Source: Candidatus Bathyarchaeota archaeon
GTDB lineage: Archaea > Thermoproteota > Bathyarchaeia > Bathyarchaeales > Bathycorpusculaceae
DNA length: 64,000 nucleotides
Assembly (NCBI GenBank): GCA_963811105.1
Contig: CAWEPZ010000011.1
Span: 320,001 to 384,000 of the forward strand
Direction of reading: 5' to 3'
The notes beneath the pieces are model-generated. The model was not told the DNA's origin, made no database searches, and was given only the letters and a program-made list of their open reading frames with translations. The position numbers were made by a program, and so were the translations under genes. Of the stretch, positions 50,253-60,676 are shown one piece after another (the stretch's first letter is position 1; each line of letters opens with the position of its first letter).

Positions 50253-51858
50253 ATTTCTGCACACTCTTCAATAATTTATCTATGTCTGGGATACGCTTCT
50301 CACCTGCCAGTGTGGCTGAGAATTGGGCGATTCTTGGAAGGTATTTGCTGAAAATTCCTAGCCTCTTCTTCTCCATATGAACATGTTCTTGTCGTGAAAG
50401 GAAATGCTGAAGCTGACGTGAAACCTCGCGGAGGGCATTTGCTTCTTCTCGGCGCACTTCGGGGCGGTCAGCAATGAATTCTTTTCCTACAGTTTTGTAG
50501 GGCACTTTCGTGCTACATATGTGAACAACGATTGCGATTGGCATATCAGGCGCCACCTTGTAACGTCTCCAGTTCATAGCTGAAATAACTCGGTACGAAA
50601 CATCGCTTGCCTCATCATAAAGCAGCGGAATTTTGTTGGCGAAACGATAAATTACAAAGCTGCCGCGTTTGGGAACGCCGCCTCCGTAGGCGATTGCCAT
50701 TTCAACAATGAATGGATGCCCTGCGTAAGTTGCAGGTTTACGTTGATGAACGACAAGATACTCGGGATTCAACTCTTTCATGACACCAGCTTTTAGAAGG
50801 TCTTCCCCTAAAGGTGAAAGACAGCTGGCGTCTGGCGGCAGGAAGTCCTTGTATTTCTTGAGGTTTTGCATTAACCGCACAATTTCTTCATGAGACAATC
50901 GTTTCGGATTCTTGGAAGTGTAGTCTGCTTGTTTGCCACATTTAGGGCAGCAAGGGCGACTATCAATCCATTTTATCTGTTCAATTTCGATTTTGCCATG
51001 CTCTTTGCAGGAAAAAGAAATCAAGTTACTAAAAACCAAAAATCTCAGGGCCGTAATTTCGCCCACACGATGAAAATGCCCTTTCAAGAAATCTGACATG
51101 TTATTGTAAGGCGTAATTTGGATAAGACGTTGTAGAAGTTCCACATCAACGCCGTACGGATGTGGCAATATCTCTGTCGGCGGCTCAGGCATCTCCGTAG
51201 TGGCGCGAGTAAACTTGTAGAGCCTCCCTTTGGGGTCAACAAACGTTAGATTCGCATATGGATTAACCATAGCGGTCTGCTTGAAATAATCAAGAATTTT
51301 TGGCATCGCCCTAAGATAGTCGCCTTCAAGAGAAAACTCAACGATAGTTCCACGCCAGTTGTCCTTGTTAATTTGTACTTTGCGGTCAAGAATTATTGGT
51401 CGATTTCTTTGGATGTCAATCATTAGTTTGAAACTATAAATTTTGGCTTGCCCTGTGGAGGAAGTCACGTAGGCTGGTTGATGAGTAGTTACTTGCCCAT
51501 AGAGAACGGCCATTTTTCCGCCTAAACCAAATGTGCCTCTTGTTTGTTTGAGTTTATATTTGCTGCCATAAAGGACTTGACCAAAAGCTGAGGGGATAAA
51601 TCTGGGTTGAATTCCGCTACCGTTGTCTTCGACTCGGAGTTTGTAGATTTGGGTTTCTTTTGTGGCTTCTCCTTCGTAGGATAGGCGAACGTAAATGTCA
51701 GGGGGAATCCCTTGGCTCTCCGCCGCGTCAAGGGAGTTTTCAACGATTTCTCGTATGGCAACGAATATGGCACGTGAAGGGTTCGTTAAGCCTGCAATGT
51801 CTCTGTTGCGATAGAAAAAGTCTGATGCACTGATTTCTTCAAAGGTTGCTTGAGCCAC
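50230..51858 (-). CDS. top6B: DNA topoisomerase VI subunit B
   Basis: EIVENSLDA, EDNGSGI, RGTFGLG, RFANKIPLL. Confidence 0.96.
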   Translation of the reverse strand: MAQATFEEISASDFFYRNRDIAGLTNPSRAIFVAIREIVENSLDAAESQGIPPDIYVRLSYEGEATKETQIYKLRVEDNGSGIQPRFIPSAFGQVLYGSKYKLKQTRGTFGLGGKMAVLYGQVTTHQPAYVTSSTGQAKIYSFKLMIDIQRNRPIILDRKVQINKDNWRGTIVEFSLEGDYLRAMPKILDYFKQTAMVNPYANLTFVDPKGRLYKFTRATTEMPEPPTEILPHPYGVDVELLQRLIQITPYNNMSDFLKGHFHRVGEITALRFLVFSNLISFSCKEHGKIEIEQIKWIDSRPCCPKCGKQADYTSKNPKRLSHEEIVRLMQNLKKYKDFLPPDASCLSPLGEDLLKAGVMKELNPEYLVVHQRKPATYAGHPFIVEMAIAYGGGVPKRGSFVIYRFANKIPLLYDEASDVSYRVISAMNWRRYKVAPDMPIAIVVHICSTKVPYKTVGKEFIADRPEVRREEANALREVSRQLQHFLSRQEHVHMEKKRLGIFSKYLPRIAQFSATLAGEKRIPDIDKLLKSVQKYGGEEES

Positions 51859-52182
51859 TTACCGCTTACACCACTTTCCCCGTTTGTAACTTTCAGAGTT
51901 CTTAGTATATTTGGTGCTTGTTCTTTAAGTTAACTGAGGTCTACCCAGAAAACTTTTGATTCAGCATAGGCTGAAGTTTGTTAAATGGTTGTTTTTGCAT
52001 TAAAAATGTTAAATAGTCAGTTTATTTAGCTATTCGTTATTGTAAATGCTCATCGGCTTTTTCAAAGGTAAACCAATAGATACAATGCTCTGCAAGATGA
52101 TAGACGAGTTTTGAAAGGGTTTCCTAATTAAGCTACCATATAGGTGTTAACATTTCTTGCCTTACCGCAAGTTGCTTTGATT

Positions 52183-54048
52183 TTACTTTTTGGTAAGTTT
52201 GGTTGGTTTGGTCGGTTCTGGTTTAGTTTGTTTGGCAGTGTCAGGTTTCTCTGGTTTTCCTTCAGGTTTAGTCGTTTTGCTGTAGTAGTATTCGCCAATG
52301 CCTTTTTGGAACATATCCATTTGCGAGCCTACCTTGTTTACTCTGGGACGCATAGTAACTGAGTCTCTGCGAAAAGTGATGTTCATTTCTTTAAGGAAAG
52401 TGTTCATTCCGCCTCGCAAAGTAGTTGGTGGATGAGCTAAACCGCACACACCCGGCTCTCCGTTAAAAACCATCAATCGATCAGCAATAAAGTCCTGCGT
52501 TACTACGTCATGTTCAACAACGAAGGCTGGAATGCCATGTGCTTCAACAACCCGACGCAGAGTTTTAGCTATGTTTAAGCGTTCTTCAACGTCTAGGTAG
52601 GCGCTTGGCTCATCAAGTAGGAACAGGTTTGTTTTCCGGCTAAGGCATGCGGCAATGGCAACTTTTTGCAGTTCTCCCCCGCTAAGCTCCATAACATTTC
52701 GATCCATCAATGTTTGAAGCTTCAGCGGCTGGGCGATTTCGGTTTTGTACCAGCTTGAAGTGAAGTTTTCTTTTGCTACACTCATAAGAAGTTCCAGAAC
52801 TGTGCCGGCGTAGTCAGGAGCAATGTATTGGGGTTTGTAGCTGACGGTTAACTCGCCAAGCTTCTGTTTATCGTCAGTTTCCTCTATCCCAGCTAGGATT
52901 TTTACGAATGTTGTTTTTCCGATGCCGTTTGGTCCCAGGATTCCGATAATTTCACCTTGACGTATTTCGCCTGGTTCTATGGATAGTTTGAAGCCCTTGA
53001 AGGTTTTTTGCATGCTGTTCCATTTTAGCAAGGGTTCGCCCAGGTTACTGCCTGCCGTCGGCGGTTTCTCGTGAAAAACTATGGAATCTTTGCGGAACAT
53101 TACGTTTTCATCTGGGATGTAACCTTGGAGGTAAATGTTGATGCCTGTTCGAACACCATGTACGTGTGAGACAATTCCGTAGACGCCTGGTTCACCGTAG
53201 AAAAGACAAATCTGGTCAGATAAATAATCGATGATGGCTAAGTCGTGTTCAGCTACGATTATGGTTTTTTGTTGTTCTTTGAGGCTGCGTATTGCTTTTG
53301 CCACTACAAGTCTCTGCTTTACATCTAAATAGCTTGAGGGTTCATCAAAAAGGTAAACGTCTGCATCTCGACTAAGCGCGGCGGCAACAGCTACACGTTG
53401 AAGTTCTCCTCCGCTTAGAATATCTAAAGGTCGGTCCCAGACTTTCCTAAGTTCAAGTTCCTCCGCAAGTGCGTTAAGCTGTTTTCTTTCATCAACCTTA
53501 TCGAGCAAATCTCCAACTTTGCCTGCGACCGCTTTAGGAATTTTATCGACGTATTGTGGTTTGCTGCTGACTTTGAGTTTTTTTTCGCTCATTTTTTGAA
53601 AGTAGTCTTGAAGGCTTGAACCACGATAATACTGGATAATCTCAGGCCAATCAGGCGAATCATTATATTTGCCAAGGTTGGGTTTGATGTCGCCTGAAAA
53701 AACTTTAAGAGTTGTAGTTTTTCCTATGCCATTTTGACCAATCAAACCCAGAACTGTTCCAGGTGAAGGCATTGGTAAACGGAAAAGTTTGAAGCTGTTT
53801 GCGCTGAACCGGTGGCTGCAATCCTTTTCCAACTCGTCGGGCAAGTTAACGATATTTATGGCTTTGAAGGGGCATTTTTTGACGCATATTCCGCAGCCAC
53901 TGCAAAGGGTTTCTGCTATTACAGCTTTGTTTCCTTCAACTCTGATAGCTTCCACCCGACTTCTTACCATAGGGCAAAAGCTTACGCATAGTTGATTGCA
54001 TTTCTTAACCTTGCATTTGTCCTCTTCAAGTACTGCAATGCGCGTCAT
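52183..54048 (-). CDS. rli: Ribosome recycling ATPase ABCE1/RLI
   Basis: N-terminal FeS cysteines, two NBDs (GQNGIGKT, GPNGIGKT, LSGGELQ, DEPS). Confidence 0.96.
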   Translation of the reverse strand: MTRIAVLEEDKCKVKKCNQLCVSFCPMVRSRVEAIRVEGNKAVIAETLCSGCGICVKKCPFKAINIVNLPDELEKDCSHRFSANSFKLFRLPMPSPGTVLGLIGQNGIGKTTTLKVFSGDIKPNLGKYNDSPDWPEIIQYYRGSSLQDYFQKMSEKKLKVSSKPQYVDKIPKAVAGKVGDLLDKVDERKQLNALAEELELRKVWDRPLDILSGGELQRVAVAAALSRDADVYLFDEPSSYLDVKQRLVVAKAIRSLKEQQKTIIVAEHDLAIIDYLSDQICLFYGEPGVYGIVSHVHGVRTGINIYLQGYIPDENVMFRKDSIVFHEKPPTAGSNLGEPLLKWNSMQKTFKGFKLSIEPGEIRQGEIIGILGPNGIGKTTFVKILAGIEETDDKQKLGELTVSYKPQYIAPDYAGTVLELLMSVAKENFTSSWYKTEIAQPLKLQTLMDRNVMELSGGELQKVAIAACLSRKTNLFLLDEPSAYLDVEERLNIAKTLRRVVEAHGIPAFVVEHDVVTQDFIADRLMVFNGEPGVCGLAHPPTTLRGGMNTFLKEMNITFRRDSVTMRPRVNKVGSQMDMFQKGIGEYYYSKTTKPEGKPEKPDTAKQTKPEPTKPTKLTKK

Positions 54049-54682
54049 GATAAAACATCCATTAGGAAGTAGGATGTTAACTACTGAGTTATAAATTTAA
54101 ACTTGACCACTAACCCGAATGAATTTAATTTCTTGGATTATCATTATTTTCAAAACATCTTTAGAGTTGATTATTGGTGGCTCTAATTTGCTACTTAATT
54201 TCGTTACTTTGTCGTTGTTGACGAGTTTTCCCTGTGATTTTCTATCAGTTTGTTTTGGGGTGCTTTTTGCTTTGGGGTTTAAATCTTTTGCAGGTTGAAT
54301 CAAAAAAGTCACTAGAAATTAATAAAAGTCAAAGAAAGTCAAAATTCTAGCCGAGAGCAAGTTGAAAAAGCGTACATAAAAACAAAAATACGATTACTAT
54401 CTTCTTTGAAGCTTTACACATTTTTGGTTTGTGTTTCAAAACATCGAATTTGTCACAGGAAAATAAATTTTGAATCGTATTGCGTTCACTCTGAAAATAG
54501 CTTCTTTAGTCATCAGTTTTCTGTTAGCCAAGCAGAGCTCTTAACTAAAAGACGAGACTAAAACTCCTGACAAATTTCCTTGGGCTTTTTTAATGATTCG
54601 TTCAAAAACTAAATTTAGATCTTGTTGGTGAAGAATATTTTCTTAAAAGAAAAATATTATTAAATATACTTAGGCGGTTAAT

Positions 54683-54751
54683 CTACCATTCTTCTTCTTC
54701 CCATTCTTCATCTTCGCCTTCTTCCCATTCATCTTCTTCTTCGAATATCAT
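54683..54751 (-). CDS. 22-aa acidic Trp-containing micropeptide MIFEEEDEWEEGEDEEWEEEEW
   Basis: Perfect SD GGAGGTGA (54761-54768) 9 nt upstream; TTTAAA box near 54805-54810. Confidence 0.55.
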   Translation of the reverse strand: MIFEEEDEWEEGEDEEWEEEEW

Positions 54752-55012
54752 CCCTTTCTTTCACCTCCGAATAAGACGCTTAAAATTATCCTATCCTGCG
54801 ACAGTTTAAACATTTAGTTACGTCAAATGTCGTTAATCTCTCACAACTTAAACCCGATGAAACATGCCTGATGCAAAGATTTTTCTACTAAATTTTCAAC
54901 AAACTAATAACGCCTTGATCAGCAAAGATGGATACACGATTACATATTTTTTCGCGTGAAATTTTTTTTTTGGGGCTAAGCAAAGATAATTGCCTAAAAA
55001 AAAACGATTCAA

Positions 55013-55575
55013 ATGAGAAAAGTATTTAAAATAATCCTAGTAATATTCGCCGCAATAATAATTCTAGTCGTTGTCTTTGGAGCAATAGTATTCTTGATTT
55101 GGCTGCCTATACGGCAACTATATCACAAACTCTGACGTCCACCAGAACCTCGGTTGAAAGCCACTGTAATCTAACGATCCTGGATTATCAGGAACTTCAA
55201 AAACTGTCGCAGACAAAGTCGCCGGCAACCTACAATCACAACATTAAACGACGACCTTGGCAGGATGAAAAGTCTAGCCGCAGCTGGCACATCAGATTAC
55301 AAAGTCATAGTCGTTGGCGGACCTATCTACGTTGGTACGCCAGATTGTTCACCAAAAGACTGCTTAAACAATTTAAAGCCTGATCAAGAAGCTAATGTAG
55401 GTGTTTTCGGAAGCGGTCAAGGAGCGACCTCTCAGAGCGACATTGATATGATTAGAAGTGCGGTGCTGGCAATATGAAACAATGGTTCTCTTAAAAATGC
55501 TATAGTCGAAAAAACGGACAAAGTGAAGAACTCGCGACTCGGGCATCGAATTTCGTCACTGAATTAGTAGATTAG
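55013..55575 (+). pseudogene. Membrane-anchored flavodoxin-like protein, multiply frameshifted
   Basis: TM MRKVFKIILVIF..., DPGLSGTSKTVADKVA, DYKVIVVGGPIY, VGVFGSG lie in different frames. Confidence 0.7.
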
Positions 55576-55915
55576 AATAGAGTTGTGAAATCCGAACTGT
55601 CTATTTTTTTTGCGTTCATAATCAATAAGTTTGAAACGCACGCATCCGATATCAAAATAGATAAATTTCGCCGAGAAGCATTAAAGATCGGGATGATGTG
55701 AGGCGACGGCTTCGAGCCTAAGCTGTGAGAAATCGTCAAATAACGCTGACCATAACCTTGTTTCCCTTAATTTCCAGAAAATTTTACTCAATTAAATAAT
55801 TCATTTTAGAAGAATTTTCTACATTGTGTTGAAATTAAATAGCATAAGCGTCAATTTTAAAAGGCTTAAACCATTAATATCTTAATCTAAAGTTTTAGAG
55901 GAGAAAGACAATCAT

Positions 55916-56944
55916 TTGGATAACGATAAAAGTGAAAAGGGATATTCAAGCCAAAAAATCACTGACTTAGGGGAACGGAAAATAATTGAAATCATCGCAA
56001 ACCACCTTGAACGCATGCCCGATTCACCAGTGCCTTTCGGAGACGACGTTGCCGCCGTTAGCCTTGACCAAAAACAAGCCGCCATACTAAAAGCCGACAT
56101 GCTTGTAGGCAAGACAGATGTCCCACCAAACATGAGCCTATGGCAAGCCGCACGCAAAGCAATAGTTATGAACATAAGCGATTTTGCCTCCAAAGGCGTA
56201 CAACCCTCAGCCGCTCTTGTCTCGCTTGGGTTACCAAGGGATGTTTTGCAGAAAGACATTGAAGAAATAGCCAAAGGCTTGAACGCGGGAGCTCGCGAAT
56301 ATGGTACTTATGTAATTGGCGGCGACACGGGTGAAGCCTCGGACCTAATTATTTCAGTTTCACTTTACGGCACAGCCGAAAAATCATCTTTAATGCTGCG
56401 TAATGGAGCTAAGCCTGGTGACATTTTGGCTGTGACAGGTTTCTTTGGTAAATCAGCCGCCGGTTTACGTCTGCTTCTCAGTAACTCTTCAGCTTCGCCC
56501 AATCTGCGCGATGTATTGTTATGTTCAGTGTGTATGCCAAAAGCCCGGCTAAAGGAGGGCTTGGCGCTTAGCCGTTCAGGCGGGGTCTCGGCCTCTATCG
56601 ATTCAAGCGACGGCTTGGCATTGAGTTTGCACGAAATGGGGAAAATGAGCGGGGTTGGCTTCAATGTTGACAGTGTTCCCGTGGCTGACGAGGTTAGAAG
56701 ATTTGTAGAGTTTAACCATCTCGATCCTTTGGAGCTGGCGCTTTACGGCGGGGAAGAATATGAACTTGTCTTGACAATAAAGCCTAGGGGCTGGGTTGAT
56801 GCTGAAACCGCGGTTAAAGCAGTCGGCGGCCGACTTTTGCGAATTGGAAAAGTTACAAAGGATACTCAGATTAATTTAGATGTTTACGGTCAAAAACATT
56901 CCATTGAGCCTCTCGGTTGGGAGCATTTCAAGAGCCGGATATAG
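55916..56944 (+). CDS. thiL: Thiamine-monophosphate kinase
   Basis: GDDVA, NISDFASKG, GGDT, DSSDGL, GGEEYEL. Confidence 0.93.
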   Translation: MDNDKSEKGYSSQKITDLGERKIIEIIANHLERMPDSPVPFGDDVAAVSLDQKQAAILKADMLVGKTDVPPNMSLWQAARKAIVMNISDFASKGVQPSAALVSLGLPRDVLQKDIEEIAKGLNAGAREYGTYVIGGDTGEASDLIISVSLYGTAEKSSLMLRNGAKPGDILAVTGFFGKSAAGLRLLLSNSSASPNLRDVLLCSVCMPKARLKEGLALSRSGGVSASIDSSDGLALSLHEMGKMSGVGFNVDSVPVADEVRRFVEFNHLDPLELALYGGEEYELVLTIKPRGWVDAETAVKAVGGRLLRIGKVTKDTQINLDVYGQKHSIEPLGWEHFKSRI

Positions 56945-57497
56945 CTTGACAATCAAGCAAATAATTAATTATCGTAATACATGAAGCAGCTAAGTATGGT
57001 TTTTTGCCTAAACTAATTTTATCGCCAAACCTTAAAGCGAAAGATTCTGCCTTCTTAGGTAAGCCCACATGATCACCCAACACAAAAACAGCATTATCTA
57101 CAAGCTCTATTTCCGCTATGTTTTTTCCTCCCTCTTCCAAAACGTAAACTTGACGGGTTTGAGCCTCTGTTTTCAGCAACGCTTCAAAGCTAACTCTATC
57201 AGTGCTGATTCCTGGATGGGGTTTTCCCCCTATTACTTTTCTTAGGATTTGCTGCCACGTATCCACATCTGTCCGCACATCATAAACTGTGCTGCCGTCT
57301 ATTTGTAAATGTAACGGGGGGTTAGGTGGACCATTTAGACTAGCGTGGAAGGCCACATCTCGGCGTATGCCGTGTGACAGAAAAAGGCTTGTGACTATAC
57401 ATTCGTAAACTATATCTAGTCTTCCTGCGTCGTGTAGATTAGTGAAGTTTGACTGGGTTTTTCCCAAACGCGAGAAGAGGATGAATTCACGAGGCAA
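56928..57497 (-). CDS. trmY: tRNA (pseudouridine54-N1)-methyltransferase, SPOUT family
   Basis: GRLDI, LFLSHGIRRD, FVLGDHVG, ISLG. Confidence 0.85.
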   Translation of the reverse strand: MPREFILFSRLGKTQSNFTNLHDAGRLDIVYECIVTSLFLSHGIRRDVAFHASLNGPPNPPLHLQIDGSTVYDVRTDVDTWQQILRKVIGGKPHPGISTDRVSFEALLKTEAQTRQVYVLEEGGKNIAEIELVDNAVFVLGDHVGLPKKAESFALRFGDKISLGKKPYLAASCITIINYLLDCQAISGS

Positions 57498-57612
57498 ATA
57501 TTTCCCAGGTTACGTTAATGGTTTGCTGCTTTAAAGTGCTTTCTCGCTTTTCAGGAAACAAAATTTCTACAGTCCAATTCTGAGAAGAACGAAAATAGGC
57601 GTTTTTTTGTGT

Positions 57613-58017
57613 TTACTGTAAAAATCTTTTAATGATCCATGCGTGAGTAGCGGTTTGCTCCAAAAATACACTTAGTTTATTTTCACCCAGGTACATACAG
57701 AGCACCTTAACCTTTTCGCCCTCAACCAGCATGCTTTCTGTTTCGCCCAGGTTGAGTTGTTTAGAAATCTCTTGGCATGAATCATAAATTTGAGATGACA
57801 AGAGGGCATACTGAATGATTTTTTCAGGTTCAGCTAAGTCTATTATTGCAGAAGTATTGCTTCTGAGAATATAGCCAATAACCCCTTTGAGTTTACGTAT
57901 TTCAGCTAAGCTTGAGTTTAAGCTTGCAAACGAGAAGTTCTCTTTCCCAACAGACTTTATGAAAGCTTCGTCGGCTAATTCTGTTTCTACTTGGCTAACG
58001 TTTGTTTTCGGTTTCAA
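57613..58017 (-). CDS. Roadblock/LC7-like protein
   Basis: LAEIRKLKGVIGYIL...LGETESMLVEG...LSVFLE. Confidence 0.65.
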   Translation of the reverse strand: MKPKTNVSQVETELADEAFIKSVGKENFSFASLNSSLAEIRKLKGVIGYILRSNTSAIIDLAEPEKIIQYALLSSQIYDSCQEISKQLNLGETESMLVEGEKVKVLCMYLGENKLSVFLEQTATHAWIIKRFLQ

Positions 58018-58838
58018 GAATCCTTCTCCTCGGACTGCGAGATTATGGGATTAACGATTACAAGGTTGCCTTTGCTTGTTTGCAGAGTTTGGAGAATTTT
58101 TTCTGGAATTTCTATGACACCTTTTGCGCTTTGGTTTGCCGCCTTTATAGGTTTAAATTTGCAGGATACAGAGTTGCCTTCTAGAGTTTTGATGTGAACT
58201 CCGATTATTTCCTTATCGCCGTAAAGATCAAGCCATTTCGAAATGATACCACCGTCTACTCTCACGGTATCAGATGAAACCATCAAGCCCCCGATTTTCT
58301 CCACCATAAATTGGTTAGCTGGCGTTTGAGGAAGAGGCAACTCAGGATTAAACGGTTCCGAAACTACAGGAGCCAGTTCATAATTTGGTATTGACTCAGC
58401 GGGTAAAATCTCTTTTTGGATGAGTTCAGCTTCAGTTTCAACAACTTGAGGTAGAATGTTGCCTGCATTTTCATCGGCAATTTGATCTGAAAGACTTAGT
58501 ACAGTTGGAATAATGACTGCGGTTAAAGATTTAACGATTTTTTCATCAGCTTCCCTAGACCTAGCCGTCGCCAAGTAACATTTGTTAATGGCTATGATGG
58601 TTAGTTGGCTGTCTGCGCCTTGAATACTCAAGGTTTCAACGGCACCGATAGCTTGCGCGTTATTTGCGATGTTGTTAAAGGCTGCAATGATTTTTTTGCT
58701 TTCATCTTCCGATGTGGTTTCGTTGCAGGCAACTATTTCACCATTCGATTTGAATATGAAGGCGTTAGTAATTTCTGGGCTAATGTTTTTGAATTCATCT
58801 ATGATTATTTGCAATGCGTTTGATGAGGTTTCAGTCAC
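58014..58838 (-). CDS. Roadblock/LC7-like domain fused to a C-terminal double-psi-barrel-like domain
   Basis: EITNAFIFKSNGEIVA N-domain; Pro/Glu linker; DTVRVD...IEIPEKILQTLQTSKGNLVIVNP. Confidence 0.6.
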   Translation of the reverse strand: MTETSSNALQIIIDEFKNISPEITNAFIFKSNGEIVACNETTSEDESKKIIAAFNNIANNAQAIGAVETLSIQGADSQLTIIAINKCYLATARSREADEKIVKSLTAVIIPTVLSLSDQIADENAGNILPQVVETEAELIQKEILPAESIPNYELAPVVSEPFNPELPLPQTPANQFMVEKIGGLMVSSDTVRVDGGIISKWLDLYGDKEIIGVHIKTLEGNSVSCKFKPIKAANQSAKGVIEIPEKILQTLQTSKGNLVIVNPIISQSEEKDS

Positions 58839-58863
58839 CTTTGTGGTCCTGCCAGCCGAGCGT

Positions 58864-59289
58864 TCAAGTTATTTTGAACAGGATGCGTTCTGGAACACCC
58901 TCGTCTTCAAGAACAAGATATCTTAAGCCTTCCGTGTCACCTAGCTGATCAAGCCATTTTAGTGCCTCACGCACTTTTTGCAGAACCAATAACCGTTCTT
59001 GATGGCTGCGGACAACAGATTCGATTGCAGTTAACTCGTGGAATGCGTTAGCGTCTAAAACAATACTCAGTGTGCCTACGGTTATTTCGCTTGTGTTGTC
59101 AGTGAGAGGTTTTTTACCCGCAAGCTTCATGACTACTTCACGAACTTTCTTTGATTTTTCTGCTAACGTACGGATTTCGTCTAGTCGACGTAGATATTCG
59201 CCTAATAGACTCTTGGTTTCGGATAGTTCCTTGTCTAATCCTTCAGCTATTGCTTGGGCTGAATTGTACTCTTTTATTTGTATTACCAT
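58864..59289 (-). CDS. Coiled-coil / beta-hairpin hypothetical protein
   Basis: Heptad helices flanking a short beta segment; apparently operonic with the roadblock genes. Confidence 0.65.
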   Translation of the reverse strand: MVIQIKEYNSAQAIAEGLDKELSETKSLLGEYLRRLDEIRTLAEKSKKVREVVMKLAGKKPLTDNTSEITVGTLSIVLDANAFHELTAIESVVRSHQERLLVLQKVREALKWLDQLGDTEGLRYLVLEDEGVPERILFKIT

Positions 59290-59364
59290 GATTTTTTGCT
59301 CCTTAAATTTTTATAAGAGAAAGAGGAAAATTGGGTGAATTCTTTTTTTCACCTTACCCCTAAT

Positions 59365-59817
59365 TTATTCAATTAGAGTTTGAAGTTTTATGGGTTGTAT
59401 GTTGCAGAGTTTGTAATTTGGGTGCCTTTTGCTGTGATCAATTTGACTTGATAAGAGGTGCCTGCACTTAAAGTTCCGCTGCTTAGGCAGAGTCAATGTT
59501 ATTGTTCCAGATGCGGATTTTGCGATTGAAGGCGAAGTTGGATTCATTGCAGCAGAAAATCCATTGATATATGCTTGTGTAATGTTTACGGTTGTACTGC
59601 CAGAGTTCTGCACCAGTACGTCTATCGTGGTAGCACTTGGAAATGCAATGTTTGCTATTGATGCTTGTTCTGCGTTTCCCATGAGTCCAATGGTCATTCC
59701 CCCCATCCATGCGGCGACGACTACGCTGACTGCGACTGTGACTGCGATGAGTATGATTGATGCGACTACGGGGCTAAGGGCTTTTGAACTTTTCTTAAAT
59801 TTTCTAATGTAATTCAT
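59365..59817 (-). CDS. Archaeal type IV pilin (class III signal peptide), frameshifted near the C-terminus
   Basis: KKSSKA/LSPVVASIILIAVTVAVSVVVAAW; the alternative frame from about 59483 gives SSGTLSAGTSYQVKLITAKGTQITNSATYNP* ending at 59388. Confidence 0.85.
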   Translation of the reverse strand: MNYIRKFKKSSKALSPVVASIILIAVTVAVSVVVAAWMGGMTIGLMGNAEQASIANIAFPSATTIDVLVQNSGSTTVNITQAYINGFSAAMNPTSPSIAKSASGTITLTLPKQRNFKCRHLLSSQIDHSKRHPNYKLCNIQPIKLQTLIE

Positions 59818-59976
59818 TTTGTTTTTCAATCCTCCTTTGGGCTTGTTAAACACAATTTGCTCATATTAGTTAATAAGTCTTATGACTTAAGACACTATAT
59901 TATATAGTGGTTCAACACAAATACAAATAGTTCAAAAAAGAAGATAAAGAAATAAAATAAAAATGTTTACTGATTC

Positions 59977-60318
59977 TTAAGAGCTAATTTCATCAAACAA
60001 ATCAAGCAGAAGCTTTGCCATTTTTTCGCCAAACTCAGTCTTAACATAGTACTTTTTGAGCGGGTCAATGCGTTCACTTTTGGCTAACCCGAGTGATTCA
60101 ATTTCAATCATTCTTGCTCTGAAGGTGCCGTCGCTGAGAGTAAGCTTATTTTTGCGCATAAAATCTTTAGCATCTTTCCATTTGCCTCGGCCAACATGTA
60201 ATAGTAGCAGGCAGTCAATTGCGTGATCCTTCTCTAGCATCGCTTTAATGACAGATAACTTTGGGTCAGTTAGCACATGCTTAATCTTTTCTTCATCAAC
60301 ATTCTTTACCATTTTCAA
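59977..60318 (-). CDS. Winged-helix DNA-binding protein
   Basis: LSDGTFRARMIEIESLGL...KYYVKTEFGEK. Confidence 0.7.
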   Translation of the reverse strand: MKMVKNVDEEKIKHVLTDPKLSVIKAMLEKDHAIDCLLLLHVGRGKWKDAKDFMRKNKLTLSDGTFRARMIEIESLGLAKSERIDPLKKYYVKTEFGEKMAKLLLDLFDEISS

Positions 60319-60676
60319 ACACTCCTTTTCGTTTTTTATAACTTAGAAATCAGTCTGCACATATAAACTATATTACGAAATACGAAACATATCTGCAGAA
60401 GCCTTCCTCCGGAATAATGTAAATAGTCAGAACTCCTTTATAAATAATGCCGAGCAAGCAAACGTCGAGGTATTCGAAAATAAATTAGATGTCAAAAATG
60501 GCATTATAATCAATAAATTTCAAAAAATGTATATAATATACAATTATAAATAGATTTTGCATCAAATTTGAGCAAGGCATAGTTTGCTTTAAATACTCTT
60601 GGTAAACGGATGAAAAGATTTAACAATCCAAAATTGACTTAAACTCCAACGGCAAATTAGTCAAAAGAGGAAAAAA

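Noticed and set aside
50917-51021. Mini-intein in top6B
   Set aside because: Too short, and lacks the C-terminal HN-C/S/T splice motif.
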